From the IMG/VR virus record IMGVR_UViG_3300013119_001061: a DNA stretch of 64,000 nucleotides; one strand, given 5' to 3'. Origin of the DNA: a virus. Below the pieces are notes generated by a model. The model was not told the origin of the DNA and ran no database searches. It was given only the letters and a program-made list of their open reading frames with translations. The translations under genes were made by a program, and so were the position numbers. Positions 1 through 10,580 of this stretch are shown piece by piece (position 1 is the first letter of the stretch; each line of letters starts with the position of its first letter).

Positions 1-1
1 A

Positions 2-1396
2 TCTTACGGAAAAGACTTTCAAGAAAAAATCGTTCAGAGCTTGCTCACAGACAGAATGTGGGCAGAACAAATGGCAGAGGTCATTAACATTGAATTCTTC
101 GATCTTAAATATCTAAAGTTCTTAGCTGATCGATATTTTTCATACCACGAGAAGTATAAAGATTTCCCGACTCTGCCTTTGCTTGTTTCAATTATTCGAG
201 ATGATCTAAAGACGGGCAACGATATCATTCTTCGTGATCAGATTGTTGATTACCTCCAGAGAATCAGGCACAATCCAAGTATGGGTGACCTTGAATATGT
301 CAAGGATAAGGCACTTGATTTCTGTCGCAAGCAGGCATTTCGCGGCGCGCTTGAAGAGGCAGTTGATCTAATCCAGGTTGATAAGTTTGACGCAGTAATG
401 GATCTCATGCGAACAGCAATGTCAGTAGGAACAACACCCTCAGTTGGACATGATTTCTTTGAGGACATGGAGGCACGATTCGTTCGAATTTCTCGCCACC
501 CGATTCCGACAGGGATTCCAAAGCTCGATGAGAAATCAATCCTTGGCGGAGGCCTAGGTAAAGGAGAGATCGGTGTAGTTGCAGCCCCGACCGGAGTTGG
601 TAAATCACATATGCTTGTTAGTCTTGGGTGCGCAGCGCTTCAGGCAGGATTCAATGTAATTCACTATACGTTCGAATTAACTGAGACTCGAACTGGCCTC
701 CGCTACGACTCTAATCTCTGCGATATTCCAAGCAATGATATTCCAGAAAGAAAAGAAGAGGTCATAGCCTATTATGAAGAGAACAAAAATTCTCTCGGAA
801 AGCTAATGATCAAAGAGTATCCCACCGGAACAGCAACCGTCCAGACACTTCGATCTCATATTGAAAAATTAAGCCTCAAAGGATTTATTCCGCACATACT
901 GATTGTTGACTATGCAGATATCATGCGATCCTCACGACAATATGACTCAATGAGACACGAGCTCAAAAAGGTATATGAGGACCTTCGAAACCTAGCAATG
1001 GAAAAGAACCTCCCAGTATGGACTGCATCACAAAGTAATAGAGATGCAGCAAACTCAGACGTTATTGGCCTTGAAAGCATGGCTGAGTCATACGGAAAGG
1101 CACAGGTTGCTGACCTTGTTTTGTCAATCTCGAGAAAAGCAGAAGAGAAATCTACAGGCCTAGGGCGTCTATTTGTTGCAAAGAATCGAGCTGGCCGAGA
1201 CGGAATCTTATTCCCGATTACAATCGATACTGCCAAGAGCAAGATTGCTGTTATTGAAGGAGCTGGTGAAATGTCGTTCTCTGATGCAAAGAACCAAAAT
1301 GAGGGCGATCTCAAAAAACTGCTGCAACAAAAATGGAAACAAGTTAGTAAAATTGATGTAAAAACTACAGATAAAGAAATCAGCGAGGAAAAATGA
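2..1396 (+). CDS. dnaB: Replicative DNA helicase, DnaB/T4 gp41-like (5' end lies outside the window)
   Basis: Walker A APTGVGKS, HYTFEL, IVDYADIM, WTASQSNR and KNRAG motifs; frame is open back to position 2. Confidence 0.92.
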   Translation, partial: SYGKDFQEKIVQSLLTDRMWAEQMAEVINIEFFDLKYLKFLADRYFSYHEKYKDFPTLPLLVSIIRDDLKTGNDIILRDQIVDYLQRIRHNPSMGDLEYVKDKALDFCRKQAFRGALEEAVDLIQVDKFDAVMDLMRTAMSVGTTPSVGHDFFEDMEARFVRISRHPIPTGIPKLDEKSILGGGLGKGEIGVVAAPTGVGKSHMLVSLGCAALQAGFNVIHYTFELTETRTGLRYDSNLCDIPSNDIPERKEEVIAYYEENKNSLGKLMIKEYPTGTATVQTLRSHIEKLSLKGFIPHILIVDYADIMRSSRQYDSMRHELKKVYEDLRNLAMEKNLPVWTASQSNRDAANSDVIGLESMAESYGKAQVADLVLSISRKAEEKSTGLGRLFVAKNRAGRDGILFPITIDTAKSKIAVIEGAGEMSFSDAKNQNEGDLKKLLQQKWKQVSKIDVKTTDKEISEEK

Positions 1397-3864
1397 CATT
1401 TACATATGATGATGCTTATGCAGGCGCCCTAAAATATTTTAACGGTGATGAACTTGCTGCTGGTGTATGGGCTGGCAAGTATGCACTGCAAGATAATGGC
1501 GAATTTTTTGAAACATCGCCAGATCAGATGCATCGTAGGTTAGCAAAAGAATTTGCGCGAATCGAAGCGAAATTTGATAACCCAATGTCAGAAGAAGAAA
1601 TTTTTGACTCAATGGACCGGTTCAAGTATATCGTCCCTCAAGGCTCACCAATGTCAGCTGTCGGAAACGATATTCAAATGCAGTCGGTCGGAAACTGCTT
1701 TGTCATTGAGGCACCTCACGACTCATACGGCGGGATTCTAAAGACAGATCAAGAGCAAGTTCAGATCATGAAGCGCCGAGGAGGTGTAGGATTTGATATC
1801 TCTACAATTCGACCGCAGGGAATGCATACGTCAAATGCTGCAAAGACAACTGACGGCATCGGCGTCTTTATGGAACGATTTTCAAACTCCTGTCGTGAAG
1901 TTGCTCAAGGCGGCCGCCGCGGCGCCCTAATGATGTCAATCTCAGTCCACCACCCAGATATCATGACATTTATTAATATCAAGCGAGATCAAAGCAAGGT
2001 AACTGGAGCCAATATCTCAATCAGGCTCTCAGACGAATTCTTGACTGCTGTTGAGAATGATGAAAACTATGAAACCCGATGGCCGGTAGATTCAACAGGT
2101 AATAACAGAGAACTCACAGCTAGAATGCCCGCTAAGGCTGTATGGGATGCAATCGTAGACTCAGCACATCAAACAGCTGAACCGGGCATCTTCTTTTGGG
2201 ATAACGTTCTAAATACAACACCTTCTCAAATCTACAAAGATGAAGGATTTGAGACAGTGAGCTCAAATCCCTGCGGGGAAATTGTAATGTCAGCATTTGA
2301 CAGCTGTCGGCTCCTCCTCCTCAATACGACATCATTCGTTGATGATCCATTCACTTCACGAGCCAGATTTAACTTCAAGCTATTCAATACAATGAGCCGA
2401 AAGGCCCAAAGAATGATGGATGACTTGGTTGAAATTGAAACTGAGAAGATTGATAAAATTCTGGCAAAGATTGAAGCAGACCCAGAACCAATTGAAGTAA
2501 AAAGGACAGAACTTGATCTTTGGAATAATGTCCGACAAATCGCTCTCTCTGGACGCCGAACAGGCTTGGGACAAACAGGGTTGGGCGACACGCTTGCAAT
2601 GCTTGGCTTGAAATATGACTCAGAAGACGGAATTGCAATGACTGGAGAAATCTATCGTGCATTAGTTCTTGCTTCATACACAGAGTCTTGCTACCTTGCG
2701 AAAGAGCGAGGCCAATTCCCAATCTACAACTTCGAGAAGGAAGAGGGAAATCAATATATCGAACGATTATTTGATACCTCACCAGAGTTACGAGAATTGC
2801 ATCGTAAGTACGGCCGAAGAAATATTGCATTAACCACCACGGCGCCGTGCGGAAGTGTCTCATGTCTCACCCAGACAACCTCAGGTATCGAACCAGTGTT
2901 CATGCTCGAATATACCCGAAGGAAAAAGATCAACTCAAACGACCCAAATGTTGAAGCTGACTTCGTAGATGACCTCGGTGATCGATGGCAACACTTCACG
3001 GTATACCACCACAACCTAAAGAAGTGGATGGATATCACGGGCGAAACAGACATTACAAAGTCACCATATTGTGGTGCTACAGCTAATGAGATCGACTGGG
3101 AACATGCTGTAGATGTTCAAGCAGTAGCACAAAAGTGGATTGATCACTCAATCAGCAAGACATTGAATCTACCCGAATCAGCAACAAGAGAAGACGTAGC
3201 CAAAGTATACTGGCGTGGGTGGAAAGCCGGACTCAAGGGCGCAACTGTATATCGAGACGGATCCCGCGCCGGTGTCCTTGTTTCCAATGATACAGCAAAT
3301 GAATCGGATGAAACATTCCAGCAACATCAAGCACCGCAGCGCCCGCACGAGCTTCCTTGCGAAATTCACCGAGCTTCAATCAAAGGAGAGAAATGGACGA
3401 TTCTTGTTGGGCTAATGGATGGAAAGCCATACGAGATCTTCGGTGGGCTATCAAAATATATTGAGATACCGCGTGTATATGAAAAAGGCGTTATCATCAA
3501 GCACCCACGCAAAACAAAGAATTCTGTGTATGATCTCAAGTTCGGGTTCAAGGGCGATGAGTTTGCTGTCAAGGATGTCGTCGAGGTATTCGACAATCCC
3601 AACCATTCAGCGTTCACTCGAACAATCTCTCTGGCTATGCGCCACGGCGCCCCCGTATCATTTATGGTTGAACAGCTTCAAAAAGATAAGGACACTGACT
3701 TTACGTCATTCTCGCGTGTAGTTGCCCGAGTTCTCAAGAAATACATTGAAGATGGAACGAAGTCAAGTGAGAAGAAGTGTGACAACTGCAACGAAGAAGG
3801 TAGCCTGGTGTTTCAAGAGGGGTGTGTTACGTGCCTGGCTTGTGGAGGTTCAAAATGCGGGTGA
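1393..3864 (+). CDS. nrdJ: Class II (adenosylcobalamin-dependent) ribonucleotide reductase
   Basis: GNCFV, SNPCGE, TAPCGS..TTSGIEP, YRDGSR motifs and C-terminal CxxC..CxxCGxSKC; no beta-subunit gene nearby. Confidence 0.9.
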   Translation: MTFTYDDAYAGALKYFNGDELAAGVWAGKYALQDNGEFFETSPDQMHRRLAKEFARIEAKFDNPMSEEEIFDSMDRFKYIVPQGSPMSAVGNDIQMQSVGNCFVIEAPHDSYGGILKTDQEQVQIMKRRGGVGFDISTIRPQGMHTSNAAKTTDGIGVFMERFSNSCREVAQGGRRGALMMSISVHHPDIMTFINIKRDQSKVTGANISIRLSDEFLTAVENDENYETRWPVDSTGNNRELTARMPAKAVWDAIVDSAHQTAEPGIFFWDNVLNTTPSQIYKDEGFETVSSNPCGEIVMSAFDSCRLLLLNTTSFVDDPFTSRARFNFKLFNTMSRKAQRMMDDLVEIETEKIDKILAKIEADPEPIEVKRTELDLWNNVRQIALSGRRTGLGQTGLGDTLAMLGLKYDSEDGIAMTGEIYRALVLASYTESCYLAKERGQFPIYNFEKEEGNQYIERLFDTSPELRELHRKYGRRNIALTTTAPCGSVSCLTQTTSGIEPVFMLEYTRRKKINSNDPNVEADFVDDLGDRWQHFTVYHHNLKKWMDITGETDITKSPYCGATANEIDWEHAVDVQAVAQKWIDHSISKTLNLPESATREDVAKVYWRGWKAGLKGATVYRDGSRAGVLVSNDTANESDETFQQHQAPQRPHELPCEIHRASIKGEKWTILVGLMDGKPYEIFGGLSKYIEIPRVYEKGVIIKHPRKTKNSVYDLKFGFKGDEFAVKDVVEVFDNPNHSAFTRTISLAMRHGAPVSFMVEQLQKDKDTDFTSFSRVVARVLKKYIEDGTKSSEKKCDNCNEEGSLVFQEGCVTCLACGGSKCG

Positions 3865-3878
3865 GTTCCTGAAGTCAT

Positions 3879-3906
3879 GTGTAAGTCATAATTCGCTAAC
3901 TATAAT
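3879..3906 (+). promoter_or_regulatory. Sigma70-like early/middle phage promoter (GTGTAA-N16-TATAAT)
   Basis: Same motif recurs at 19623, 23051, 25497, 54922 and 60378 in intergenic gaps. Confidence 0.65.
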
Positions 3907-3926
3907 AACGCTGAATACGGAGACGC

Positions 3927-5765
3927 ATGAAATCAATTGAGCAAAAATATAAGAAGCTTGATGATATCGAGCACTGCTTGCTCCGTCCAGGAATGTATGT
4001 AGGGTCGACAAAAACACGCAAAGAAGTCATGAATCTCATTGACGAGGACGATGTTTTCTCTGAAAGAGAAGTAAGTGTCAATCCTGCCTTTATTAAGATA
4101 TTTGATGAGATTATTTCAAATGCAGCAGATGAACACCGACGAAACAAAAAGCTTGACTTAATTGAGGTCATCACTGACGCAGAGACTGGTGAAATTACTG
4201 TTAGTGACAATGGCGGAATTCCAGTAATTCTTCATTCTGAGCACAATGAATACATTCCAGAGATGATTTTCTCAAACCTAAAGGCTGGCTCAAATTTTGA
4301 CGACACTGAGAATAGAATCGTCGCCGGAACCAACGGCGTCGGAGCAACTCTGACCAACATATTTTCTTCAAAGTTTGCAATCGAAACGTGTGACAAAAAG
4401 AAGCTCTACACTCAAGAGTTCAGAAACAACATGCGCGCCAGGTCTGAACCTAAAGTCATCAAGTCGAAAAGCAGCAAGGGCTATACAAAGATATCGTATA
4501 TTGCGGACTTCAATCAGTTTGGATTGAGCGGCCTAGATGATGATCACATTGAGATCATGAGAAAGAGGTGTATTGACCTCGCAGCTTGCAATCCTTGTTT
4601 GACTGTAAGATTCAATGGGACAAAATACAGATACTCAACTTTCAATTCATACTGTCGCCTCTATATTGATGATATTGTCTATGAAGCCTCTGATCGTTGG
4701 CGAATTGGCGTAGGGTCATCTAGCGGAAGCCTAAAGCAAATATCATTCGTCAACAGTGTCGAGACAAAAGATGGCGGCACACATGTCGACGCAGTCTTGA
4801 GTCAAATTATTGCAGAGGTTCGAAAGAAACTCAAGAAGAAGCACAAAGTAGATCTGAAGCCAGCAGAGATCAAGAACCACATCTTTGTATTTGTAAGTGC
4901 AGATATTGTTAACTCATCATTCTCATCTCAGACCAAAGAGAAACTAATCACTGACCCACGTGACTTCGGGTCAAAGCACACACTCTCGGATAAGTTTCTA
5001 AAGTCTGTTTGTGAATCAGAGATGATCCAGAACATCTTAGACTGGGCAATTCAAAAGAAGGATGCAGATGAGAGAAAAGAGCTCAGAAAACTCAACAAGA
5101 AGCTCGGCAAAGAAAAGGTCCAGAATCTGATTGACGCCAAGGGAAAAGACAGGGAATCTTGCACGCTAGCTTTGTTCGAGGGGAAGTCAGCCCTGGCAGC
5201 TTTTAGAAAGTTTAGAAATCCAATGATTCAAGGGTCTTTCCCGCTTAGAGGTAAATTTCTAAACATCGCAGATATGCCGTCCTCCAAGATTATCAAGAAC
5301 AAAGAGGTCTTATCTCTTCTTAAGGCTACCGGCCTTCGTCTTGGAGAGGATGCAGAGAATCTTAGATATGGAAAAATCTTGATCTATTCAGATGCTGATC
5401 CTGATGGAGATTCAATTGCCGGCCTGCTAACAAACTTCTTTGGGAGGTTCTGGCCCGACCTGCTAAAAGACAACAAACTTTTCCGAGTAATGACACCACT
5501 TGTTGTTGTCAAGAAAAAAGACAAAAAGCTGTTGTTCTACACAGATGAAGAATTTGTCGAATGGAAATCCGCAGAGGACAATATTAAATCCTGGGATATA
5601 TCATACAAAAAAGGCCTCGCATCCCTCGCAGATGAAGAATACGAAGAGATTATTAGAAATCCAGAAATGTTTGCCCTTATTCCGGGTGATAACCTAAGGC
5701 AATCGTTGGACAATTGGTTCGGCTCAGATCCTGCAGTTAGAAAACAAAAGATTTTAAATAAGTAA
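3927..5765 (+). CDS. Type IIA topoisomerase ATPase/TOPRIM subunit (GyrB/ParE; T4 gp39+60-like)
   Basis: RPGMYVGS, EIISNAADE, GTNGVGA, FEGKSA, PLRGK, DADPDG and YKKGL motifs. Confidence 0.95.
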   Translation: MKSIEQKYKKLDDIEHCLLRPGMYVGSTKTRKEVMNLIDEDDVFSEREVSVNPAFIKIFDEIISNAADEHRRNKKLDLIEVITDAETGEITVSDNGGIPVILHSEHNEYIPEMIFSNLKAGSNFDDTENRIVAGTNGVGATLTNIFSSKFAIETCDKKKLYTQEFRNNMRARSEPKVIKSKSSKGYTKISYIADFNQFGLSGLDDDHIEIMRKRCIDLAACNPCLTVRFNGTKYRYSTFNSYCRLYIDDIVYEASDRWRIGVGSSSGSLKQISFVNSVETKDGGTHVDAVLSQIIAEVRKKLKKKHKVDLKPAEIKNHIFVFVSADIVNSSFSSQTKEKLITDPRDFGSKHTLSDKFLKSVCESEMIQNILDWAIQKKDADERKELRKLNKKLGKEKVQNLIDAKGKDRESCTLALFEGKSALAAFRKFRNPMIQGSFPLRGKFLNIADMPSSKIIKNKEVLSLLKATGLRLGEDAENLRYGKILIYSDADPDGDSIAGLLTNFFGRFWPDLLKDNKLFRVMTPLVVVKKKDKKLLFYTDEEFVEWKSAEDNIKSWDISYKKGLASLADEEYEEIIRNPEMFALIPGDNLRQSLDNWFGSDPAVRKQKILNK

Positions 5766-5775
5766 AAATAATCAT

Positions 5776-6312
5776 ATGACATTATTATTAGCTATGCTTT
5801 TGTCGACAAACAATACTGTGTGTTTTGCCCCTATTGATATTTCTAAATCTCATATTTCTTCTCGTTATGGAAAAAGGACATTTAAAAAAGGAAAAGTAAT
5901 AAATGGTCATATGATAATGCTTAATCATGATCATCATAGTTTCCACCTTGGCGTAGATATTGTAGCAAAAAAAGGTACCCACGTGAAAAATCAATTCCGC
6001 GGAAGGGTAATCAAAACTTACAAAAGCGATCGCAACGGATCTTACGTTCGGATTGAACACAGTGACAAAGAGCATGATACGGTTCAAGTTCTTTACCACC
6101 ATCTTGATAAAATCTTTGTAAAAGAGGATAGCTGGATCTACCCAGGAGAATTGATCGGAACAGTAGGGGATACGGGTACAGATCACTACCCACATTTACA
6201 TCTCAGTGCTCGATATTTCTCTTATTCAACGAGACAAAAGAAGGATATTAACATTGAAGAAGTTTTTAAGTTCTGTAACTATGAATATAGACATCACGAT
6301 TATGCCCGCTAA
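5776..6312 (+). CDS. M23 family metallopeptidase with signal peptide
   Basis: HLGVDI, YHHL, VGDTG..PHLH motifs; hydrophobic N-terminus. Confidence 0.85.
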   Translation: MTLLLAMLLSTNNTVCFAPIDISKSHISSRYGKRTFKKGKVINGHMIMLNHDHHSFHLGVDIVAKKGTHVKNQFRGRVIKTYKSDRNGSYVRIEHSDKEHDTVQVLYHHLDKIFVKEDSWIYPGELIGTVGDTGTDHYPHLHLSARYFSYSTRQKKDINIEEVFKFCNYEYRHHDYAR

Positions 6313-6324
6313 GGAGAGCTTAAT

Positions 6325-7686
6325 ATGTTATTGAAAGATAAAAAGAGTACTTTTGTTGGTAGAACAGTAGAAAACTTCTTTGATAATGAGCTCAGAAGCT
6401 ACGCGCTTTACACTATCACGAATCGAGCAATCCCGTCAGTGATCGACGGATTCAAGCCGTCACAGCGAAAGATTGCATATGCTGCAAAGCTAGTCTGGAA
6501 GACAGGCAAAGAAAAGCCAATGAAGGTGTTTCAGCTTGGGGGCTACGCAGCGTCTGCAACAATGTTCCACCACGGATCACTTGATGGCACAATCATCACG
6601 ATGACACAGGATTTCAAGAACTCAATGTCTATCTTCGAGGGGATAGGTCAGTTTGGGTCTCTTCGATCTCCAGAGGCCGGAGCCCCGAGATACGTCGGTG
6701 TAAGGTTCAATAAAAACTTTAACCTGCTTTATAAAGACTTTGATCTCCTTGATCACAAATACGAAGAGGGCGAGAAGATCGAGCCAAAGTACTTCCTGCC
6801 CATCATACCGACTGTCTTGCTAAACGGCGGCTCAGGTATCGCTGTGGGATTCTCAACCAACATTCTGAATCGGAACCCGAAGGATTTAATCAAGGCATGT
6901 CTGAAGGTGTTAGCAGGAGAAAAATGCCCACCAGTCAGCCCGTGGATCAATGGCTTCACTGGTGAGTTCAGGCAGGTACCTGACGCGCCAAAGTCATGGG
7001 AGATTTACGGTAAGTACGAAGTAAAGAATACGACTAAGGTAGAGGTTACAGAACTTCCGCCGTCATTTACATACGAAAAGTACGAGGCTCATCTTGATTC
7101 ATTAATTGAAACGGGCGCATTGTCATCATATGAAGACCATTCAGCTGAAACCCCGCACTATATTCTAAAGTTCAAAAGGTCAGAGCTTGCAAAACTAACA
7201 AAGAGAGGTAGGCTTGAAAGCGTTCTCAAAATGAGAGAGCGAGTAGGTGAAAACTATACAACGTTAGACGAAAACGGAGATCTAAAAGTATTTGAATCAC
7301 CCGAGGAGATAATCCGATACTTTATCAAGTTCAGGCTCAAGTACTATACAATTAGAAAGAACCACCTGATATCAAAGCTCACAAAAGAGCTGTGGATCCT
7401 GGAGAATAGAAAACGGTTCATTGAGGAGATACTAGGCGGCAATCTCAAGATTAACAACCGTCCCAAAAGTGATATTATTTCAAGCTTGAAAAAGATGAAT
7501 TTCAAAAATCAAAATGGATCATACAACTATTTGCTGGATATGCCGATTCATAGCCTGACAAAGGAAAAAGCTGAAGAACTAAGGGCTTTGTATGACACTA
7601 GAAAAGAAGAGCTGGAAGAGGTTGGCAAAAAAACAACTAAAACAATGTTTGAGAAAGACTTGCGTGATCTTTATAAAAAGATCTAA
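6325..7686 (+). CDS. Type IIA topoisomerase breakage-reunion subunit (GyrA/ParC; T4 gp52-like)
   Basis: RAIPSVIDGFKPSQRK, HHG, GAPRY (catalytic Tyr), NGGSGIAVG. Confidence 0.95.
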   Translation: MLLKDKKSTFVGRTVENFFDNELRSYALYTITNRAIPSVIDGFKPSQRKIAYAAKLVWKTGKEKPMKVFQLGGYAASATMFHHGSLDGTIITMTQDFKNSMSIFEGIGQFGSLRSPEAGAPRYVGVRFNKNFNLLYKDFDLLDHKYEEGEKIEPKYFLPIIPTVLLNGGSGIAVGFSTNILNRNPKDLIKACLKVLAGEKCPPVSPWINGFTGEFRQVPDAPKSWEIYGKYEVKNTTKVEVTELPPSFTYEKYEAHLDSLIETGALSSYEDHSAETPHYILKFKRSELAKLTKRGRLESVLKMRERVGENYTTLDENGDLKVFESPEEIIRYFIKFRLKYYTIRKNHLISKLTKELWILENRKRFIEEILGGNLKINNRPKSDIISSLKKMNFKNQNGSYNYLLDMPIHSLTKEKAEELRALYDTRKEELEEVGKKTTKTMFEKDLRDLYKKI

Positions 7687-7727
7687 TTTATAATAGAATA
7701 TCTAATAACAAAAGAAGGAAATCAATA

Positions 7728-8330
7728 TTGATTAAGAATGTTAACATTGACGGTCGAATTAGCGAAGCAAAGCTTATGTACAACCCAATTGTCGTCAGGG
7801 TCGAGAAATTTACACCAGATGGTGCCAAGAAGTTCACATCAGATATGTCAGCAGCACACAATTCCGGCCAAGATATCATCCCGATTGTGATTGACTCATA
7901 TGGTGGACAAGTTTATAGCCTTATGTCAATGATTAGTGATATCAAAAACTCAAAGCTACCAGTGGCTACTATTGTTGAATCAAAGGCTATGTCTTGCGGA
8001 GCTGTTTTATTCACATTCGGAGAGGATGGACATCGCTATATGGCACCCGATGCCACAGTTATGATTCACGATGTAAGCTCCGGAGGATTTGGAAAAATTG
8101 AGGAGCTTAAAGCAGACGTTAAAGAGGCTGAAAGGCTTGATACAAAGATTTACAAGATGATGGCGCAAAACTGCGGGAAGAAGGATGATCACTTTAAAAA
8201 GATTGTTCACAAAAAAGGACATGCAGATTGGTTTCTTGATGCAGATGAGTGCAAGAAGAACAATGTATGTAATCATATACGAATACCCGCGTTTAATGTT
8301 AGTATTGATGTAACGATGGAGCTAGAATGA
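7728..8330 (+). CDS. clpP: ClpP-like serine protease
   Basis: IDSYGG, AMSCG (Ser nucleophile), MIHD, DWFLDADE. Confidence 0.85.
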   Translation: MIKNVNIDGRISEAKLMYNPIVVRVEKFTPDGAKKFTSDMSAAHNSGQDIIPIVIDSYGGQVYSLMSMISDIKNSKLPVATIVESKAMSCGAVLFTFGEDGHRYMAPDATVMIHDVSSGGFGKIEELKADVKEAERLDTKIYKMMAQNCGKKDDHFKKIVHKKGHADWFLDADECKKNNVCNHIRIPAFNVSIDVTMELE

Positions 8331-8947
8331 AACGATATCTCATAATTGGTTCAATACTCTGCATGCTAGGTGGGGCATGCCCAGAAGATGAAAAATATAA
8401 AGTGCCTGAATATGATATGATTCGAGGCCCAGTTCGCATTGAGCCAAGAGATACAGCGGGAATTGCAGATCTACTCGAAGTTCAGTCATATCAAGTTTCA
8501 TTTGTCAGAGATCGACTCTCCAGCCGCCAGACTGATAATGTACTAGAAGTGATGAATGCTGCCAAGCTTTACAAGTATGATGTGCATGATCTTCTAGCGA
8601 TTGCATTCAAGGAGTCTTCATTTCACAATGATGTAATATCAGATACCGGAGACGTCGGACTATTCCAGGTAAACTATCACTGGTGGGGAAAGAAACTTGG
8701 ATACAAAGACTTTAGACACTTTTACCAGGCTAATATAGTTCCCAAAAGAAATGCCCGACATGCAATCGAAATACTCAGAACATTTTCTCCCAAAAAGGCA
8801 TGCAAGGGAAATAATCTGTTTGCATGTTACAATGGCGGCCCCGGGTGGAAAATGTCCAAAAATGTTAGATACATCAAGCATTATCGTGACAACGTAGTAA
8901 AAACTCGTGACAACATAAAAAGGAATTACCCAGAATGGGCAAAGTAA
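8327..8947 (+). CDS. SLT-family lytic transglycosylase, probable lipoprotein
   Basis: AFKESS, GLFQVN, ACYNGG motifs; N-terminal hydrophobic stretch ending LGGAC. Confidence 0.8.
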   Translation: MKRYLIIGSILCMLGGACPEDEKYKVPEYDMIRGPVRIEPRDTAGIADLLEVQSYQVSFVRDRLSSRQTDNVLEVMNAAKLYKYDVHDLLAIAFKESSFHNDVISDTGDVGLFQVNYHWWGKKLGYKDFRHFYQANIVPKRNARHAIEILRTFSPKKACKGNNLFACYNGGPGWKMSKNVRYIKHYRDNVVKTRDNIKRNYPEWAK

Positions 8948-9651
8948 AGAATAAGTCAATTGAACTGTATGGTGACGGAATTGGCAAAGTCGACTACATT
9001 CAGCATATGGGGTCTGATCTAACGATTGCTAACTCTGCCCGCGTAAGCTTCGGGGCACAAAAGAAAAGGCTAGACAATAAAGACAAAAAGCTAATCAAGT
9101 ATTTGCTTAAACACAAGCATACAAGCGTTCTTGAGCACAACACAGTCACGTTCAGATTCAAGGTTCCGCTCTACATCAGATCGCAGCATCACAGACATCG
9201 AACCTGGAGCTACAATGAAATCTCGAGAAGATACACGTCTGTTGATCTTAGGTTTTATGAGCCTGAATCGTTTAGGACTCAACACGCATCAAATCGTCAA
9301 TCAAGCAATAGCGATAACGTAAATCCAGAAATTGAATGGTCGGATGCAACTCACTACGGCAAAAAAGCGTCTGAAGTTGTTAAAAAGCATCACAAATATT
9401 GCATGAAGCTATTCGAAGATCTGATGGAAGCTGGCGTCTGCAGGGAACAAGCACGAGGTGTTCTCCCGCAAAATGCATATACAGAATACTATGGAACTGT
9501 CAACCTCGGAAACTTGCTAAAATTTGTTGAGCTTAGAACACATGATGGGGCTCAATGGGAAATCCAGCAAGTTGCAAATGCATGTTTAAAAATCGCTGAA
9601 GAATTATGGCCAGAAACAATCAAGGCTTATAAACAAATCCGTGAGCTATAG
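8935..9651 (+). CDS. thyX: Flavin-dependent thymidylate synthase
   Basis: ARVS, HTSVLEH, RHRTWSYNEISRRY (RHRx7SxR), EQARGVLP, AQWEI. Confidence 0.95.
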   Translation: MGKVKNKSIELYGDGIGKVDYIQHMGSDLTIANSARVSFGAQKKRLDNKDKKLIKYLLKHKHTSVLEHNTVTFRFKVPLYIRSQHHRHRTWSYNEISRRYTSVDLRFYEPESFRTQHASNRQSSNSDNVNPEIEWSDATHYGKKASEVVKKHHKYCMKLFEDLMEAGVCREQARGVLPQNAYTEYYGTVNLGNLLKFVELRTHDGAQWEIQQVANACLKIAEELWPETIKAYKQIREL

Positions 9652-9662
9652 GTAGAATATTA

Positions 9663-9869
9663 ATGTCAAATGAAAAGGTTGATCATCCAAGCCACTACAA
9701 TCAAGGCAAAATAGAAGTTATTGATGCTATTGATGATTGGGAATTAGGTTTTTATGAGGGCAATATAATAAAATATGTTGCAAGATATCAGCACAAAGAA
9801 GATCCAGTTGCAGATCTTAAAAAAGCAGCGTGGTATTTGAATAGATTGATTGAATTAAAGGAGAAGTAA
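9663..9869 (+). CDS. DUF3310-family protein
   Basis: VDHPSHY..IEVID..GNIIKY..DLKKAAWYL signature. Confidence 0.85.
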   Translation: MSNEKVDHPSHYNQGKIEVIDAIDDWELGFYEGNIIKYVARYQHKEDPVADLKKAAWYLNRLIELKEK

Positions 9870-9870
9870 A

Positions 9871-10179
9871 TTGGTAGAAGTTCTTACAGAGAAAAACTTT
9901 AAAGAGAGAACGTCAGATGGTTTAGTCTTGGTAAAGTTTGGAGCACCCTGGTGTGGCCCATGCAAGATGATTACTCCCACGCTGACAGAGATTTCAAGAA
10001 ATCGAAATGATGTTGCAATTCTTGAGGTTGACACAGACGAGTCTCCTGCTCTTGCATCACAATTCCAGATTCGAGGAATTCCAGCAATATTTGTCATGAA
10101 AGACGGGCAAGTACTTGAGCAAACATCTGGAATGACGAACAAAGACAAGATCAATGAAATGATTGATCGGTACATTTAA
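9871..10179 (+). CDS. trxA: Thioredoxin
   Basis: WCGPC active site, IRGIP. Confidence 0.93.
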   Translation: MVEVLTEKNFKERTSDGLVLVKFGAPWCGPCKMITPTLTEISRNRNDVAILEVDTDESPALASQFQIRGIPAIFVMKDGQVLEQTSGMTNKDKINEMIDRYI

Positions 10180-10337
10180 TGACATCGAACAATAAAGAGA
10201 TGATTCGATTTGCAGGCATATGCTTTATTATCGGATCATTTTTTACATCAAGCACAGCAATACATACATTAGCTGATGTGTCAATGGTTGGCATTTTAGC
10301 AGAGTGGGCTTACAGCTCATACAAAAGAATTAGATAG
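10179..10337 (+). CDS. Small putative membrane protein (52 aa; not in the ORF track)
   Basis: ATG overlaps the trx stop; translates MTSNNKEMIRFAGICFIIGSFF...YKRIR* and fills the gap. Confidence 0.55.
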   Translation: MTSNNKEMIRFAGICFIIGSFFTSSTAIHTLADVSMVGILAEWAYSSYKRIR

Positions 10338-10345
10338 GAACTAAC

Positions 10346-10576
10346 ATGGCAAAGAAAATTTATAGACTTGATGATGAGGTAGTTGCAGAGGTCGCCCGGT
10401 CACTCCAGCGCGCCCTTTTAACCGGAACTGACATTGTCGATCACATTCGTGCAATTGAGCTCAATGTAGCCCGAGGAACGGGAGCAATCCAGCTTAGTGC
10501 TGAGTATCTAGCTCGAACACAAGAGAATGACAATCGAATGGTCGACGAAGCCCAAGAGCTTACACTCGAGAACTAA
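10346..10576 (+). CDS. Hypothetical phage protein
   Basis: AGGA RBS; compact ORF. Confidence 0.65.
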   Translation: MAKKIYRLDDEVVAEVARSLQRALLTGTDIVDHIRAIELNVARGTGAIQLSAEYLARTQENDNRMVDEAQELTLEN

Positions 10577-10580
10577 TACA

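Noticed and set aside
3927-5765. T4 gene 60-type bypass in the topoisomerase
   Set aside because: The ORF is continuous through the ATPase and TOPRIM motifs
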